DNA of 64,000 bases, taken from Octopus sinensis (Eukaryota). Below, piece after piece: positions 1 through 13,044 of this stretch (position 1 is its first letter; each line of letters begins with the position of its first letter). Under the pieces are notes generated by a model that saw nothing but the letters and a program-made list of their open reading frames with translations, had not been told where the DNA came from and searched no databases. Location of the stretch: positions 24,614,001 through 24,678,000 of the forward strand of contig NC_043001.1 of the NCBI RefSeq assembly GCF_006345805.1, in the 5' to 3' direction. The translations under genes and the position numbers were made by a program.

Positions 1-305
1 TTTAGGGTTAGGGATGGGGGAAGGGCATCTTTTTTCTTCAGAAATGTAAATAAACCCAATCTGTTTCTTAAACGAGGGACATATTCATACGGCACGGAAT
101 GTTTTCACCTCAATAGACGTCATTGATTGGTTGAAATTTCAGAAACTGAAGAAAAAAACAACTATCTTACAAACTATAGAATTTTCTCAATAAAGCCAAG
201 AGAAAAAGATGTTTTATAAACACATTCTACCAGTATACGAAGTTTAAAAGTGTTTAGTTACGTGGAAATTATTTTAAAAAACTACCGTTCAAACCGAAAA
301 GATCC
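1..305 (-). mobile_element. Non-autonomous DNA transposon (GG-ended TIR MITE), partial copy running off the window start
   Basis: Reverse complement of 27655-27965; ends in TIR ...AAAAAACTACCGTTCAAACCGAAAAGATCC at 305. Confidence 0.85.
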
Positions 306-389
306 TATAATCTGAGTCCTCTTGAAGAGCTAAGCTAATTTGAAAGACACTGTTAACCAGTTTATTACCAGCCAACCCAAATACTACTC

Positions 390-770
390 CATGGCGCACT
401 TACAGTTACCAGTCGTCCAAGATCTTGTTGACGTTGTGCTTTTGCGGGCTCACACTCTGCATCTTAATGAACTGTTGCCTCTTCCTAGTTTTGTTACTTT
501 TTCTTTCATCCTCAATGCTCAGAAATAGTAAGACTGTTGTTCTGTCTGTCTGTCAGCCTTCAGCTAACTAGATTGATTTCTAACACTGACACAAGGCTAT
601 AAAATTTGCAGTATCGGTCGTCAATGGATTGACAGAATCAATAGGGTCACAAACAAATCGTATTACAGGATGTAGTTACGTCCCTTTACGTAATAAGTAC
701 ACATCCTGCTTGAATTAGCTTTGTTTCTCTTCCTTTCAGCGTCAGTCAAAATAATTGCCGCATTGTTTCT
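390..770. promoter_or_regulatory. CpG-retaining patch, possible promoter or first exon
   Basis: Many CpGs in non-repeat sequence; TTACGTAA palindrome; minus-strand donor GTAAGT at 403-398. Confidence 0.25.
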
Positions 771-1100
771 TATATTTTTACTTTATATACCTATTGTTTT
801 TATTTATTTTAGTCTAATATATAATTTTTATATTTTTCTTTTCCTTCTTTATTTAGCTTTTTCACCTGCCCAAAATTTCACACCTGAATTTAATTTGGTT
901 TCTCACCTTTGGATTTTTGATAGTAATAAAATAAAACTCATTTCTTTGAACCATTCACAACAGTAGCTTGCTATCTGAACACAACGTTGTGTTTAATGGA
1001 GCTTTCTATCTGTTTTCTTGCATTAACCCCCCCCCCCCCCAGAAAACCAACAAAATCATTCTTCACTGGCTGAAACTTAATGTCCCAATTAATATAAATC

Positions 1101-1482
1101 TCTCTATATAAAGCTGAAGTTGTCTGTGTACGGCAGGTTTGGTAGCCTTCAACTAACACTATCTCCCCCGAGACCCTGCGGCGCAAGTTGACTAAAATCG
1201 AGAGTATGATAGAAGAAGGCTTGCTCTTCATTCCTTAGAAGATAAAATTCAAATCGGGCCATGTTAAGACCAAACATTATTTACATCAAAAAGGTGCTTT
1301 TTTTCTATGAAAATCCCTATTTTTTACGATATTCTTGACTGCTGTGTCACCATTTTTCGGTGTATTTCAACCAGAAAAATGTTCACTTAAAGAGAATAAC
1401 AAGCTACATATTGCAAAATTTTCAAAAATTCCAATTCTAAAGGGTCGAAACAAACCCGAGCAACGCCAGGCGATACTGCTAG
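1101..1482 (+). mobile_element. Non-autonomous Helitron
   Basis: A|TCTCTCTATATAAAG 5' end; 3' subterminal hairpin CCCGAGCAACGCCAGG then CGATACTGCTAG|T; inserted between A and T with no TSD. Confidence 0.85.
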
Positions 1483-2129
1483 TTCTATAATAAATTTGAT
1501 TCTACTCTTTATAAGATGTCTAAAAATCTACAAGTCAGAAAAAACAGTAACAGAGTAGGCATATTATTGTTAATGCATTAATATATTATAGCCTGAAAAA
1601 ATTCAAATCACTTAATGGTTTCATACCAGAAGTGGAAAACTAAGTCTAGCAATCATCAGAAATGGCTGAAATGAATATCATGGGATCTTTGTCACTAGGG
1701 CTCTGACAGCGTCACATTCAGTTTGTATTCTTAGATATTTTGTAAAAACTGAATCAACATCCATTAAAGAAGTTACCTAAGTTCCGACCCAAGGATGTGG
1801 TTGGGTCATTAGAGTTATATCCCTTGAACTGACACTAAGATAGGTTGATTATTGGCCTTTTTGATCCCAATTCAAGGGACAAAACTCAAATAAACTAAAT
1901 AGTTTTTCCATCGGGTTTAAAGTAGGTGATGTTTTTTTCTGTATTCCATTCTAGTTTTTAGATCAGCCCTAAGAACTATAAACCAGTTGTAACACTTCCA
2001 GGTCTCCAGTGACAAAGAGTACACACCATGCTGTTCCTTTCAGCCCTTTCTGATGATTGGTAGAGTTGGTTCTCCACCTCTGATGTGAAACCAATTGGTA
2101 ATTTGGCAATTTTGAAACTGTAGTAAAGT

Positions 2130-2250
2130 ATAATAATAATAATAATAATAACAACAACAACAACAACAACATATCCATATGTATATATGTGCGGATGTAT
2201 ACATGTATATTTGTATGTATGTACTTGTATATACATACATACACACATAC

Positions 2251-2283
<33 letters not shown>

Positions 2284-2380
2284 ATATATATATATATATT
2301 ATATATATATATACATACATATATGTATAGATAGATATATGTATGTATGTATTTGTATATATGTATGTATGTGTATATAG

Positions 2381-2435
<55 letters not shown>
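2130..2435. repeat. Compound microsatellite (AAT)n/(AAC)n/(TA)n/(TG)n
   Basis: Visible directly. Confidence 0.95.
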
Positions 2436-2438
<3 letters not shown>

Positions 2439-2617
2439 TCATCATCATCGTTGTTTAACGTCTGCTTTCCATGCTGGCATGGGTTGGACGGTTTGACTGA
2501 GCACTGGCAAGCCAGAAGGCTGTACCAGGCTCCAATCTGATATGGCAAAGTTTCTACAGATGGATGCCCTTCCTAACGCCAACCATTCCGAGAGTTCAGT
2601 GGGTGCTTTTCATGTGC
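2436..2617 (-). mobile_element. SINE family B ((ATG)n tail), 5'-truncated
   Basis: (CAT)n-GTTTAACGTC-TTTCCATGCTGGCATGGGTTGG...GGATGCCCTTCCTAACGCCAACC motif shared with >10 copies. Confidence 0.85.
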
Positions 2618-2906
2618 TATATATATATTCGTATATGTGTATGTTTACACACACACATCCTCATCCTTTAATGTTCAGCTTCCATACTGGCATGAGTTGG
2701 ATAGTTCAACAGGATCTGTCAAATTGGAGATCTACAATGTGCTTGTGCTTCCATGTTGCCTTTAGCATGTTTTATCCAACTCCTCGTCATTGCTAATGCC
2801 AATCACTTTATGAAGTGTACAGGATGCTTTTCTCGTATTACCAACACTTGTGGCATCACCATGTATCTCACAAGAGTAATTATCTCCTTTGACAGAGTTT
2901 GAGTAT

Positions 2907-3403
2907 TTTAGAGACTGGTGAAGCAAGGTCTGGAAGAGTAGAGACATCAGCCTCGCTACCAAATGCAGATTGGTGAATGCAATCGTCTTCCCAATAGCAA
3001 CAAATGGATGCGAGACCTGCACACTAAAGAAAGCTGACCAGAAGAGAATTAATGCATTCGAGCTTTGGTGTTGCAGAAGACTTTTATGGATTCCATGGAC
3101 AGTGAGGCTCACCAATGGAGAAGTTCTTAACCAGATCAAGCCGAATCTGTCACTGGAAGCTAGGATCACCAAGCATAGATTGGCATATTTTGGTCATGTT
3201 ATGCAGAGAAAATCCCTGGAGAAGGACATCATGCTCGGAATGGTCAGTGGCAAGAGAGGAAAAGGCTGACCAAGAACCCACTGGCTTGACATGGGAATGA
3301 CCATAGCCAAACTGAAAGAAGTGACCCAGGATAGAACTGGATGGAGATCACTGATACATCGAGTAACCGAGAATCAACTTCGACTGAACGGATAGATAGA
3401 TAG
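2907..3403 (+). mobile_element. RTE (BovB-like) LINE 3' fragment
   Basis: ORF 2970-3269 (IVFPIATNGCETCTL...INAFELWCCRRLLWIPW...LAYFGHVMQR..LEKDIMLGMVSGKR) matches the RTE C-terminus; ends in (GATA)n. Confidence 0.9.
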
Positions 3404-4074
3404 AAGCTTTATACTAGATATTGATAGAGAAACCTTCTGATTGCTCAAGAGGAAATTTCTCTAGGCTATTCTTGTTCTAGATACTATACTTTCAAAACAT
3501 CCACTTCTATTGCTAATTAGGTCAACTAGGTAACAGAAGCTATCTACTGCCTCTAGAGATCTTTCTAGGCGTTAAAAAAAAACTACATCCTGTGCACTTT
3601 TGGTGTTTATTGTTCTTGTACATGTCACACACAAAGTCTGCTTTCTCTGTTAATCTGCTATGATACCAGTGCACCTCTTGTGCCTCTACAGCTTACATTG
3701 GGTACATGGTATGAAATTTCTACCTACTCTTTTCCTACATGTTGAGTAAGGTCATTTTCCTGATGGAAATAGAGTCCTGAGTGTTTTCCTACTCACCAAA
3801 AGTTTGGTCTTTGTCAGGACTCTTTGATTCCAGGTTTTGCTTTCACACCTACAATTTCATACTAATGCCTACTAGAATGACTGCTCTCTTTGTTAGGACC
3901 ACTTTAGGAAGACCTTTTCCCCAGGCATTCTCCACATTTAATAACCTTTCATAATTGTACTTCCATGCTTGTTTCTTTCCAGAATCACAAAGTGCTGGTG
4001 TGCCATTATACATACATACATATGAGCATATATGTATGTGTGTGTGTGTCTGTATATATACATGTGTCTGTGTA

Positions 4075-4365
4075 TCATCATCATTGTTTAACGTCCGCTT
4101 TCCATGCTAGCATGGGTTGGACGATTTGACTGAGGTCTGGTGAACCTGATGGCTGCACCAGACTCCAATCTGATCTGGCAGAGTTTCTACAGCTGGATGC
4201 CCTTCCTAACGCCAACCACTCCGAAAGTATAGTGGATGCTTTTACATGCCACTGGCATGAGGGCCAGTTAGGTGGCACTGGCAACGGTCACACTCAAATG
4301 GTGCCTTTTATGTGCCACCTGCACAGGAGCCAGTCCAACGGCACAGACAATGACCTTGCTTGAAA
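4075..4365 (-). mobile_element. SINE family B
   Basis: Family motifs plus 2 internal GTGC(Y)TTTTAYRTGCCAC modules. Confidence 0.85.
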
Positions 4366-4377
4366 TATGTATGTATA

Positions 4378-4411
<34 letters not shown>

Positions 4412-5403
4412 GATGGATGGATGGATGGATGGATGGATGGATTGATGGATGGATGCATGCATACATACATACATACACATGAAGTGAGAGAGAGAGAGAT
4501 GGTAAATGGTGCATTCATGAATACACAGGTGAAACAGTATGAAAGATATAACAAAGCCTTTGGGTAGGAAGAATACTATTAGAGCATACCGCAAAGAAAG
4601 CTCTCTGCGCAAAAGATGGAGCTCACAAGTGGAACTTCTCATGCCTCACATGACTGAAGTTACTTGTAGTATTAAAGGCAACAACATTGCTTTTGCAGAT
4701 ATTAATTTGAGAGTCCATATACGACACAGAAGAGTAGAGAAGGCTTCTCCAAATTTTTAATCTATAATGCTATTCAGATGCTTTCGGGTGTTAAAAGAAG
4801 GTTATGAATTATAACCCTACCACAAGCTACACACACACATTTATACACATATATACATATATGTCTATGTGTGTGGGTGTAATTCTTACTTTTTTTTTTT
4901 TGTAAATAATGTTTTCTCTCTTTTTTTGCTTTTTGCTTTACTGGATCATTCAATGACGTTAATAGGTTGACAGATGTAGAAACACTTACTGCATTACTAG
5001 GTCTATTTTAGATATTGTAGTTAATGTTAGTATTATTGTTGTTTGTTGTGATGGTCGTTGTTGGCAATTTTGTTGTTGTTGTTGTTGTTTTGTTTTTTTT
5101 TTCATTGGTAGATGGCAGCTGATATGGTTAGTAGGTGATTGTAGTAGCTGCTATTGTATTATTGTCGTTGTTGTTGTTGTTGCTGTTTCACAGCTATTTC
5201 TTCCAAACATTCAAATATTTTATGATGTATCAAAACTTGAGCTGATGGCGAAAATATTTTTGGACATTATTAATCTCATTGTTTTTATTTTATTATTTCT
5301 TTGAGAACAAACATTTCAAAGATCTTAGTTTAATGACCATTAATTGTTGAGTATCATGTAGGACTCTCACCTCTATGGAACAATGGGAATAAAAGTTTCA
5401 CAA

Positions 5404-5865
5404 TCATCATCATCATTATCGTTTAACGTCCGTTTTCCATGCTAGCATGGGTTGGATGGTTCAACCGGGGTCTGGGAAGCCAGAAGGCTGCACCAGGCTC
5501 CAGTCTGATCTGGCAGAATTTCTACAGCTGGATGCCCTTCCTAACGGCAACCACTCCGTGAGTGTAGTGGGTGCTTTTTACATGCCTCCGGCACCAGGTG
5601 CCAAGTGAGGCTGGCAATGGCCACGATTGGTTGGTGCTTTTTATGTGTCACCGACATGGAAGCCAGTCAAGACGGCACTGGCATCGGCCACATTCGGATG
5701 GTGCTTTTTACGTGCCACCAGCATAGGGATCATAACTACAATTTCCATTGATTTTGATGTTGATGTACTTGACTCTATAGGTCACCTCAAGCACAGGGTT
5801 GAAACAGTGTTTCTTTACTTGCCACCTGCACAGGAGTCAGTCCAGCGGCACTGACAACGGCCGGG
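5404..5865 (-). mobile_element. SINE family B, long copy
   Basis: Family motifs plus 4 internal modules. Confidence 0.85.
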
Positions 5866-6274
5866 GCTAAAATTTACAGCTTGACATCTTGGTTCAGGTG
5901 ACATAGCACCTTCATTTTCTGGCAGCACCAGAAATATATCTAATTCTTACTAGATCACAGAATGTGAGTTTGAATAATTAACTGGGAAGGAGGAAAATAT
6001 TAATCATCAGCCAGTCCTACAAGTATGCCATTTGTTCATGTATCGATGCATAGAAGCAAGCATTAAAATATCTATTTATAGAATACCAATATTCATTGGA
6101 CATTTTCTAAATCATGAGCGCCAATATTCGGCTAAAGCAACAAGAAGAGAATTTCCCTGGAAAAAACAGAAATATCTGCTGCAATATCTAAGACTTGTGT
6201 ACTCTCTCACAATGTTGATATAGAGATAAAAAGTACAATGTATTTGTGGTCAATATAATATCAAAATTATATGG

Positions 6275-6435
6275 CTGTGAGCTGGCAGAACCGTTAGCAC
6301 ACCAGGCATAATGCATAGTGGCATTTCGTCCATCTTTTAGTTCTGGGTTAAAATTCTGCCAAGGTCGACTTTACTTTTCATCTTTGCAGGATTGATATAG
6401 GTACCACTTGAGCACTGAGGTCAATGTAATCAACA
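6275..6435 (+). mobile_element. SINE family C (tRNA-like head)
   Basis: GAGCTGGCAGAACCGTTAGC...AAATTCTGCCAAGGTCGACTTT matches copies at 55287 and 58832. Confidence 0.75.
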
Positions 6436-6755
6436 CCGGCAGTGAAGTTGTGGTGAAGGATCTTCTAATGATTGTTAATCTACCACCAATCATTAAGGTG
6501 GTAGATTAACAGACTCATTAGTGTTGGCTAATTACTTTGTAGTCTTTCTTTTAATACTTTTAACATTCTGTGTTCAAATCTTATCAAGGTCAACTTTATA
6601 ATTCATTTTTGGGAGTCAATAAAATAAAGTTATAATCAAATACTGGAGTCAATAACACCAACTGACCCCACTTCCCTCAAAATTACTGACATTTTACCAA
6701 GATCAGGAAGAATTAGACTGCAACCATGCAGGGGCACTGCCTTGAAGAACTTTTA

Positions 6756-7149
6756 GCTGTGTGGTAAGTAGCTTGCTTACCAACCACATGGTTCCAGGTT
6801 CAGTCCCACTGCGTGGCACCTTGGGCAAGTGTCTTCTACTATAGCCTCAGGCCGGCCAAAACCTTGTGAGTGGATTTGGTAGATGGAAACTGAAAGAAGC
6901 ATGCCATATATATGTATATATATGTGTGTGTGTGTGTGTGTAAATGTTTATGTGTCTGTGTTTGTCTCCCCCAACATCACTCAACAACCGATGTTGGCGT
7001 GTTCACATCCCTGTAACTTAGCAGTTCAGCTTAAGAGACCAATAGAATAAGTACTAGGCATACAAAGAATAAGTCCTGGGGTCAATTTGCTCGACTAAAA
7101 GCAGTGCTCCAGCATGGCCTCAGTCAAATGTCTGAAACAAGTAAAAGAG
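6756..7149 (+). mobile_element. SINE family A (tRNA head, central microsatellite, LINE-like tail)
   Basis: A-box-like GCTGTGTGGTAAG, B-box-like GGTTCAGTCCC, tail GCAGTGCTCCAGCATGGCC...TGAAACAAGTAAAAGAG. Confidence 0.9.
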
Positions 7150-7340
7150 TAATTGTCTCCGGTACTTATTTCTTTTTTAAGCCTGGTGCTTATTCTATTG
7201 GTCTGTTTTGATGAACTGCTAAGTTATGAGGGTGTCAACACACCAACACCAGCAGTGAAGTTGTGGTGAAGGATCTTCTGCTATAGCCTTGAGATGACCA
7301 AAGCTTTGTAAGTGGATTTGGTTGATGGAAACTGAAAAAA
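7150..7340 (-). mobile_element. SINE family A, internal fragment
   Basis: Reverse complement of the family A central and 3' part. Confidence 0.7.
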
Positions 7341-7344
7341 AAAG

Positions 7345-7660
7345 TCCATTGGTGACACATAAAAAGCACCGTCCGAATGTGGCAGATGCCAGCACCGCCT
7401 GACTGGCGTCCGTGTCGGTGGCACGTAAAAAGCATCAACCGAACGTAGCCGCTGCCAGCTTACCCTGGCACCTGTGCCAGTGGCACGTAAAAAGCACCCA
7501 AAACACTCACGGAGTGGTTGGTGTTAGGAAGGGTATCCAGCTGTAGAAACACTGCCAAATCAGACTTGAGCCTGGTGCAGCCTCCACGGCTTACCAGACC
7601 CTGGTCGAACTGTCCAATCCATACTAGCATGGAAAACGGGCATTAAACGATGATGATGAT
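7345..7660 (+). mobile_element. SINE family B
   Basis: GTTAGGAAGGGTATCCAGCTGTAGAAAC...CATTAAACGATGATGATGAT; 3 internal modules. Confidence 0.85.
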
Positions 7661-7880
7661 GTGTCTTGGTGTTTGTGTTTGTCCCCACCACAACTTCACT
7701 ACTAGTGTTTGTGTGTTGACACTCAGATAACTTAGCAGTTCAGCAAAACAGACCAATAGAATAAACACCAGACTTAAAAAAGAAATAAGAAGTATTGGAG
7801 ACGATTATTTGACTAAAAATTCTTCAAGGCTTTGCACCAGCATGGCTGCCATCTAATGACTGAAACAAGTAAAAGATACA
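7661..7880 (+). mobile_element. SINE family A, 3' half
   Basis: TTTGTCCCCACC...GACTGAAACAAGTAAAAG. Confidence 0.8.
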
Positions 7881-8556
7881 AGATTAGAGATCAATTTAAA
7901 GTTTATTTTGGAAAATTAATGAAAGAATTATTAGTATCTTAGGCAAAGATTGTCATATACAGACAACGAGGAACATAGTTATATTTATTATGTTTTTCTT
8001 TTAAATTTTCATATTACACATCAAAAGCTTTCTTCCCTCACAACTTTTCTACTGATATAAGAATTAATTTGTGTTGAGGTTCTTTTTTTTCTTTCTCTTC
8101 TCTTTTGTACTATTGCATTTTTATCAAGGTGTTATTTTATCTTATGTCTCCAATCTGAAGAATCTCCCAAGAATTGTTAAATTTGCTAAATTCAGTTAGC
8201 AATTCACAGATGGCATTGTACACAATATGTATTGTCATTTAAATGACAACTTGCACACCTACCTTCCTAATAGTCTTTGGATTTCAAACATAGTTATTTT
8301 CTGGAAAGTTACTTTATGTTTGATTCCAGTATAGATGCATTGAAATCATTTCTTGTAACTGTCTCAACATCATACTGCGACAGTCTGGGAAAATATATTT
8401 TTATTCATATTATTTATCTGGGAGAAAATTTCATTTCTTGTAACAATCAAGTACTTCCTTCTTCTGTTTTCACCTTTTTCTTGTGTTTGTGTTAGTGTGT
8501 GTATTACTTAGTGAGGAAAATAAACAACAGATTATTATCATCATTATTATTATTAA

Positions 8557-8832
8557 GGTGTAGGAGTGGCTGTGTGGTAAGTAGCTTGCTTACCAACCAC
8601 ATGGTTCCAGGTTCAGTCCCACTGCATGGCACCTTGGGCAAGTGTCTTCTACTATAGCCTCGGGCTGACCAAAGCCTTGTTAGTGGATTTGGTAGACGGA
8701 AACTGAAAGAAACCCGTCGTATATATGTATATATGTGTGTGTATACGTTTGTGTATCTGTGTTTGTCCCCCCAACATCGCTTGACAACCAATGCTAGTGT
8801 GTTTATGTCCCCGTAACTTAGTGGTTCGGCAA
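8557..8832 (+). mobile_element. SINE family A, 3'-truncated
   Basis: Head and central part near identical to 24541. Confidence 0.9.
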
Positions 8833-9025
8833 AGTTTTAGTATTCTCGTTTGTGAGAGCAGTCAAATTTATTTCAGATATTCTTGTTTTAAAAATCCTCT
8901 CTGGCTAATTGTTGAGAGAACATTGGTGTTGCCTTGGTGGAGGTTTGTGCTCTCTGAGTGCTCGAGTTATTATTATTATTATTATTATTGTTGTTGTTAT
9001 TATTGTTATTATTATTATTATTATT

Positions 9026-9623
9026 CAGTAGTTTTATTTTTATAGCGTGCTTTCACTTCACTACCGAGCGCAGCTCTGTGTGCCTTGGGTATGTGCTGTG
9101 ATTTGTTGTGATGCTCTGATGGTTATTGTATGGAAAGTGTTCTGCGTAGGATGTGTGCAGTGCCTAGTAGTGCAATTTTCTGTATGTTATATGTGTTTGT
9201 AAGTCCTGGTGTTTTTGTTATGTATTTGTCTGAATATTTTTTTATCATGCCTAATGCACCTACTATGATAGGAATTGTTTCAGTTTTCAGGTTCCACATT
9301 CTAGTTATCTCTATTTCCAGGTCTTTGTATTTTGAGAGTTTCTCCATTTCTTTTAGAGACACGTTGTCATCTGCCGGTATTGATACATCAATTAGAAAGC
9401 ATTTTTTTTCTTCATGATCTCTGACAACTATATCTGGTCTGTTGGCCTTAATTTCTCTATCTGTGTGTATCGGCATATCCCAGAGTATGGTTGCTTTCTC
9501 GTTTTCTGTGACCTTTTCTGGTGTGTGCCTATACCATCTTTTTTCTGTTGTTATTCCATAATGTTGGCATAGCTTCCAATGTATGTAGGTTCCAACTCTG
9601 TCATGTCTGTGAATATATTCACA
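9026..9623 (-). mobile_element. R4/Dong-clade LINE 3' fragment with restriction-like endonuclease domain, inside an (AAT)n tract
   Basis: Reads RHDRVGTYIHWKLC...WYRHTPEKVTENEKATILWDMPIHTDREIKANRPDIVV...LIDVSIPADDN...EKLSKYKDL (ORF 9123-9476 plus upstream codons); (TAT)n tracts on both sides (8967-9025, 9624-9676). Confidence 0.9.
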
Positions 9624-9624
9624 A

Positions 9625-9676
<52 letters not shown>

Positions 9677-10283
9677 GATGATGATTTTGATGATGAAAAT
9701 TATTTGTGGAGAAATTATCTGCAATTATTTTGTAGACAGCTGAACTGATGTTCAACAGTGAAGTTTACTGTGATGGTATAATTCAATGGTAATAAATTTT
9801 GTCAGCTATTGTTACGGTAAACTTATCCATGGACATAATAAAATGAGCTGAATACCTTCTGTTATCTGTGTAAAAGGAAATTCACAAACATAAATAGAAA
9901 CAAAATAGTTACAAAATATTGTAAAAACCCAATAACAACCCAAATGTGTATTATTTTGTGTCTGTGTTCCTTTATGCTTACAAAATTTTAGTATTGTCCT
10001 AGTATGAACAGTGTCATTTCTTTGGATAGAGTGTTTCGGTGTAATCTAATCTTGATACCATATATAATTCTGGTATCATATCTTTTTGTATATGCATACC
10101 ATTTTTTAAAATAATCCTTGTTGATCTACTATTATTAGGATATTTTCAGTCCCCATGCTCAAGATAATTCTATTTCTGAATGTTTATATTGAAGGTATAT
10201 AAGAACTATTTCAGGGAGAATTTTTGCTAGTTTGAGAATGAAATTTCTGTTAACAAACAGGTTTTCTCTCTCGGGTCACTTAC

Positions 10284-10490
10284 AAAAAGTACCTCGGCAG
10301 TTTGTTGTTACTTCTGTATCGGAGTGTACAAACATGTGAATGAGTATTGTTATTTTGCTATTTTCAGGCACTGTCTCTGGCATATGTTTGTACCATCTGT
10401 TTTCTGTGACTTTACTAAAACTGGGAAAACCTTACAATCAATTGTTTCTTCGTGATCAGCACACAGTCAACCAGTGATCTAAGGTTTCAT
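10284..10490 (-). mobile_element. Old R4/Dong-like LINE relic
   Basis: Broken frames give ETLDHWLTVC (zinc-knuckle remnant) and RWYKHMPETVPENSKITIL, paralleling the 9026-9623 protein. Confidence 0.55.
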
Positions 10491-10654
10491 TTTTCATGTA
10501 ATTTTTAGTAGCAAGTCAACCTTGTGCTGCTATCAAGGTTTGCTATTAAACCTAAGCAGCATCAAAGCTTGTGAAGTTGTAATTAAGGATTTATGCTGTT
10601 AACATTTTTTTCAGCTCTGGCATTGACTCTGCTAGGTGTTTTTTTTTAATACAT

Positions 10655-11015
10655 AATTTGGGGTTGAGTTCCTTTCGAGCATTGGACCTCACGGAGGCAA
10701 AGTGGCTGAGTTCCTTTTAAGTGTTCAGCCTCATGGAGGCAATGACCGAGACCTTTGACATTATGTTGTGCTTGAGAAGAAGACCCATCAAGCCAAGCAA
10801 AATCACAGTCATGGCAGATTTTGATGTCACACAAATGGCACATAAAAGCACCCATTACACTTTCAGAGTGGTTGGTGTTAAGAAGGGCATCCAGCCATAG
10901 AAAACCATGTCAAATCAGACTAGAGTCTGGTGCAGCCTCCCAGCTTACCAGCCCTGGTCAACCCACCCAACCCATGCCAGCATGGACAACGGATGTTAAA
11001 TGATGATGGTGATGA
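10655..11015 (+). mobile_element. SINE family B with extended 5' part, followed by (GAT)n/(GGT)n
   Basis: Family motifs; 5' part shared with the copy at 61665. Confidence 0.8.
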
Positions 11016-13044
11016 TGATGATGATGGTTGTGGTGGTGGTGGTGGTGGTGGTGGTGGTGGTGAGGAGGTTGTAATGTATAAACAAGGTGCGGTTCCTGAC
11101 CCATCCAAGAGAACTCCTAATAAGAAGTGACCTAGACTACCCATCAAGTTCTTGCCAAACATAGAAAGAATAAAATGATGATGATGATAGTGGTAGAATT
11201 ATAGAAGCAGTAAAGTCTTAGATTAAATTCCCTTAAAATAAGAGCTAGTTCACAAGGGGAAGGATGTAAAAGCCTCTTAAATCTGTTCAATTACTGCCAA
11301 CTGGTTCAGACTAGATTTTCCTGTTCTTGAACTTTTGGCAGCATCCACCCAATATGTGTTGAGCAGCCTTTGACCAATAAGTTCACCAAGCCCCTCATGA
11401 ATGCTGACCACATTTGACAGTTGGCCTTAACAGTTGGCAGGCAAAGTCATGCTTCTGCCTGTGGCCCAAAACTCCAGCTTGCAAATTTAACAAATGCCCT
11501 ACTTGGAGAGCAAGTGCATCAGATATCACAGAAGCCATAGCCATAGTTGTCAATCGTTGTTTAGGTGTAGCGTTCATGTTCAGAGTATCAGTGAGAATAC
11601 AAGTTCACATGTAGTCACCAGTCACATAGTTTCCCTACAGAATCATTTTGAACCAGATTCAATAAGAATGGAAAATGCAGATTTTATTTCTTGAGAATAC
11701 TTGTTTGGTCATATGAGAGGGAATTTATCAGCTGCTTACAGTTTTAAAAAGTAGCTTATTTTAATTACAGAATACAAAATGATGATTATTGAAGTTTTGT
11801 CAGACAAAAGCTATCTAGCTGAGAGCATATTGGAAACTTAGTCACAGATATATTCATAGACCAGGTGGGCACTCCTATTGTTAAAGAATTGGGAAAATTC
11901 CTAATCAGTGGTTATGGGAACTTATAAAGTTAAGAGTTTAAAGTAGAGTAAAATAGAGAAAAAGCTTATAACAAAAATAGATTTTTAGCATAGAAGCAGA
12001 GGTAGTAACCACATGACAGCAATTCTTCGCTATAGATTATGACAGTTGTATAGTTAGAACTAAAGGAAGTTTTCGGGGCACTATATTAAAAAAAAAAATA
12101 GAGGTGCCAACACCACTATCAGGTCTGCTGTAAACTGAGTAGGAGCCATAATGCAAGAATTCCAACAAATAGCTGAATATTTCTGAGATTATGTATTAGC
12201 AGATCAGTGTTTGGTTGTGGTGGGTCTAGAGAGGTACTTTAGTTATATACAACATTTATCAACTAGAGATATGGCATGTTGTGACAAGATGAGTCAACAA
12301 GAAGGCTTTGCTGATTAACATTTCCAGAATTATTTACTCTGGACTGGAACAGTAATTATCCTATTCTGTCTCCAGTTCTAATATACATTTTCCAAGAGTA
12401 GAACAAACACAACTTCCAATGTTTTATTTATTTTGCAAAGGAGGCCATCAAAGACTTGACTTGACTTTGTTAATTTCCAGCTCATTTTCCTGTTCTCTCC
12501 AATACACACTTTGTTTTTGATAAGCGCCTGAGGAAAAGCATGTCCAAAATGTAGGCGGGGTGTCTAGAAACATTGATTCGAGCTTTTGTATAGTATTCTC
12601 TGGTTGCCAGTCTTTGGTAGGTTTTTCACTGTCTCATATGTTGAACAGAGCCAACTAGTCTCTCAGCAAAAGCAATCTCATCTCAGTGGATTCGCATGAG
12701 AATTAGTGACAATAATGAAGTTACATGAACAGCAAGTTGAAAGATAAATAGAGGCAGTCTTGTGAACTGCAAGAGACACCATAAGTATACAATCAAGAAT
12801 AGAAATGGCACATTTCTAAACAAACTTGTATCAAAGATTGGTTAATGTAGCCAAGTTAGAATATATGCCAATGGGACCATTTGAAGGATGTGATTCTGCT
12901 GGAGATGGGGTTAGATCAAGACATAAAATACTTTAGAGATCTGAGCCAACGAGGCAACTTCTTTTTGGTAACTCAAACTGCAAAGAATATTAGTCAAATC
13001 TCCTTTAAATAACTGCCTAGAATCTTAAATAAGAAGAGGACACA

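Noticed and set aside
1-13. TTAGGG telomere-like hexamers
   Set aside because: Only two units, and they are an internal part of the MITE (mirrored at about 27952-27964).
721-966. 81-aa hydrophobic ORF
   Set aside because: T-rich low-complexity sequence, no ATG start and no recognisable motif.
1969-2548. Long ORFs rich in Y/I/V/C/M/H/T, here and at about 17000, 33250, 38450 and 43100
   Set aside because: They are translations of (TA)n, (TG)n and (TATG)n microsatellites.
4539-4760. 73-aa non-repetitive ORF, also partly open on the minus strand
   Set aside because: No recognisable homology or convincing splice-site pair; cannot be told apart from chance.
9608-9623. 16-bp perfect palindrome at the 5' end of the Dong-like fragment
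   Set aside because: It lies in coding sequence (EYIH before RHD) and is probably coincidental.
10368-10482. Plus-strand exon-like segment after a TTTTCAG acceptor
   Set aside because: The opposite strand encodes R4-type zinc-knuckle and RLE motifs, so it is better explained as a LINE relic.
11280-11640. Possible decayed L2/Jockey-group RT C-terminus on the minus strand
   Set aside because: Only a faint CSHIW-like remnant after assuming frameshifts; too weak to list.
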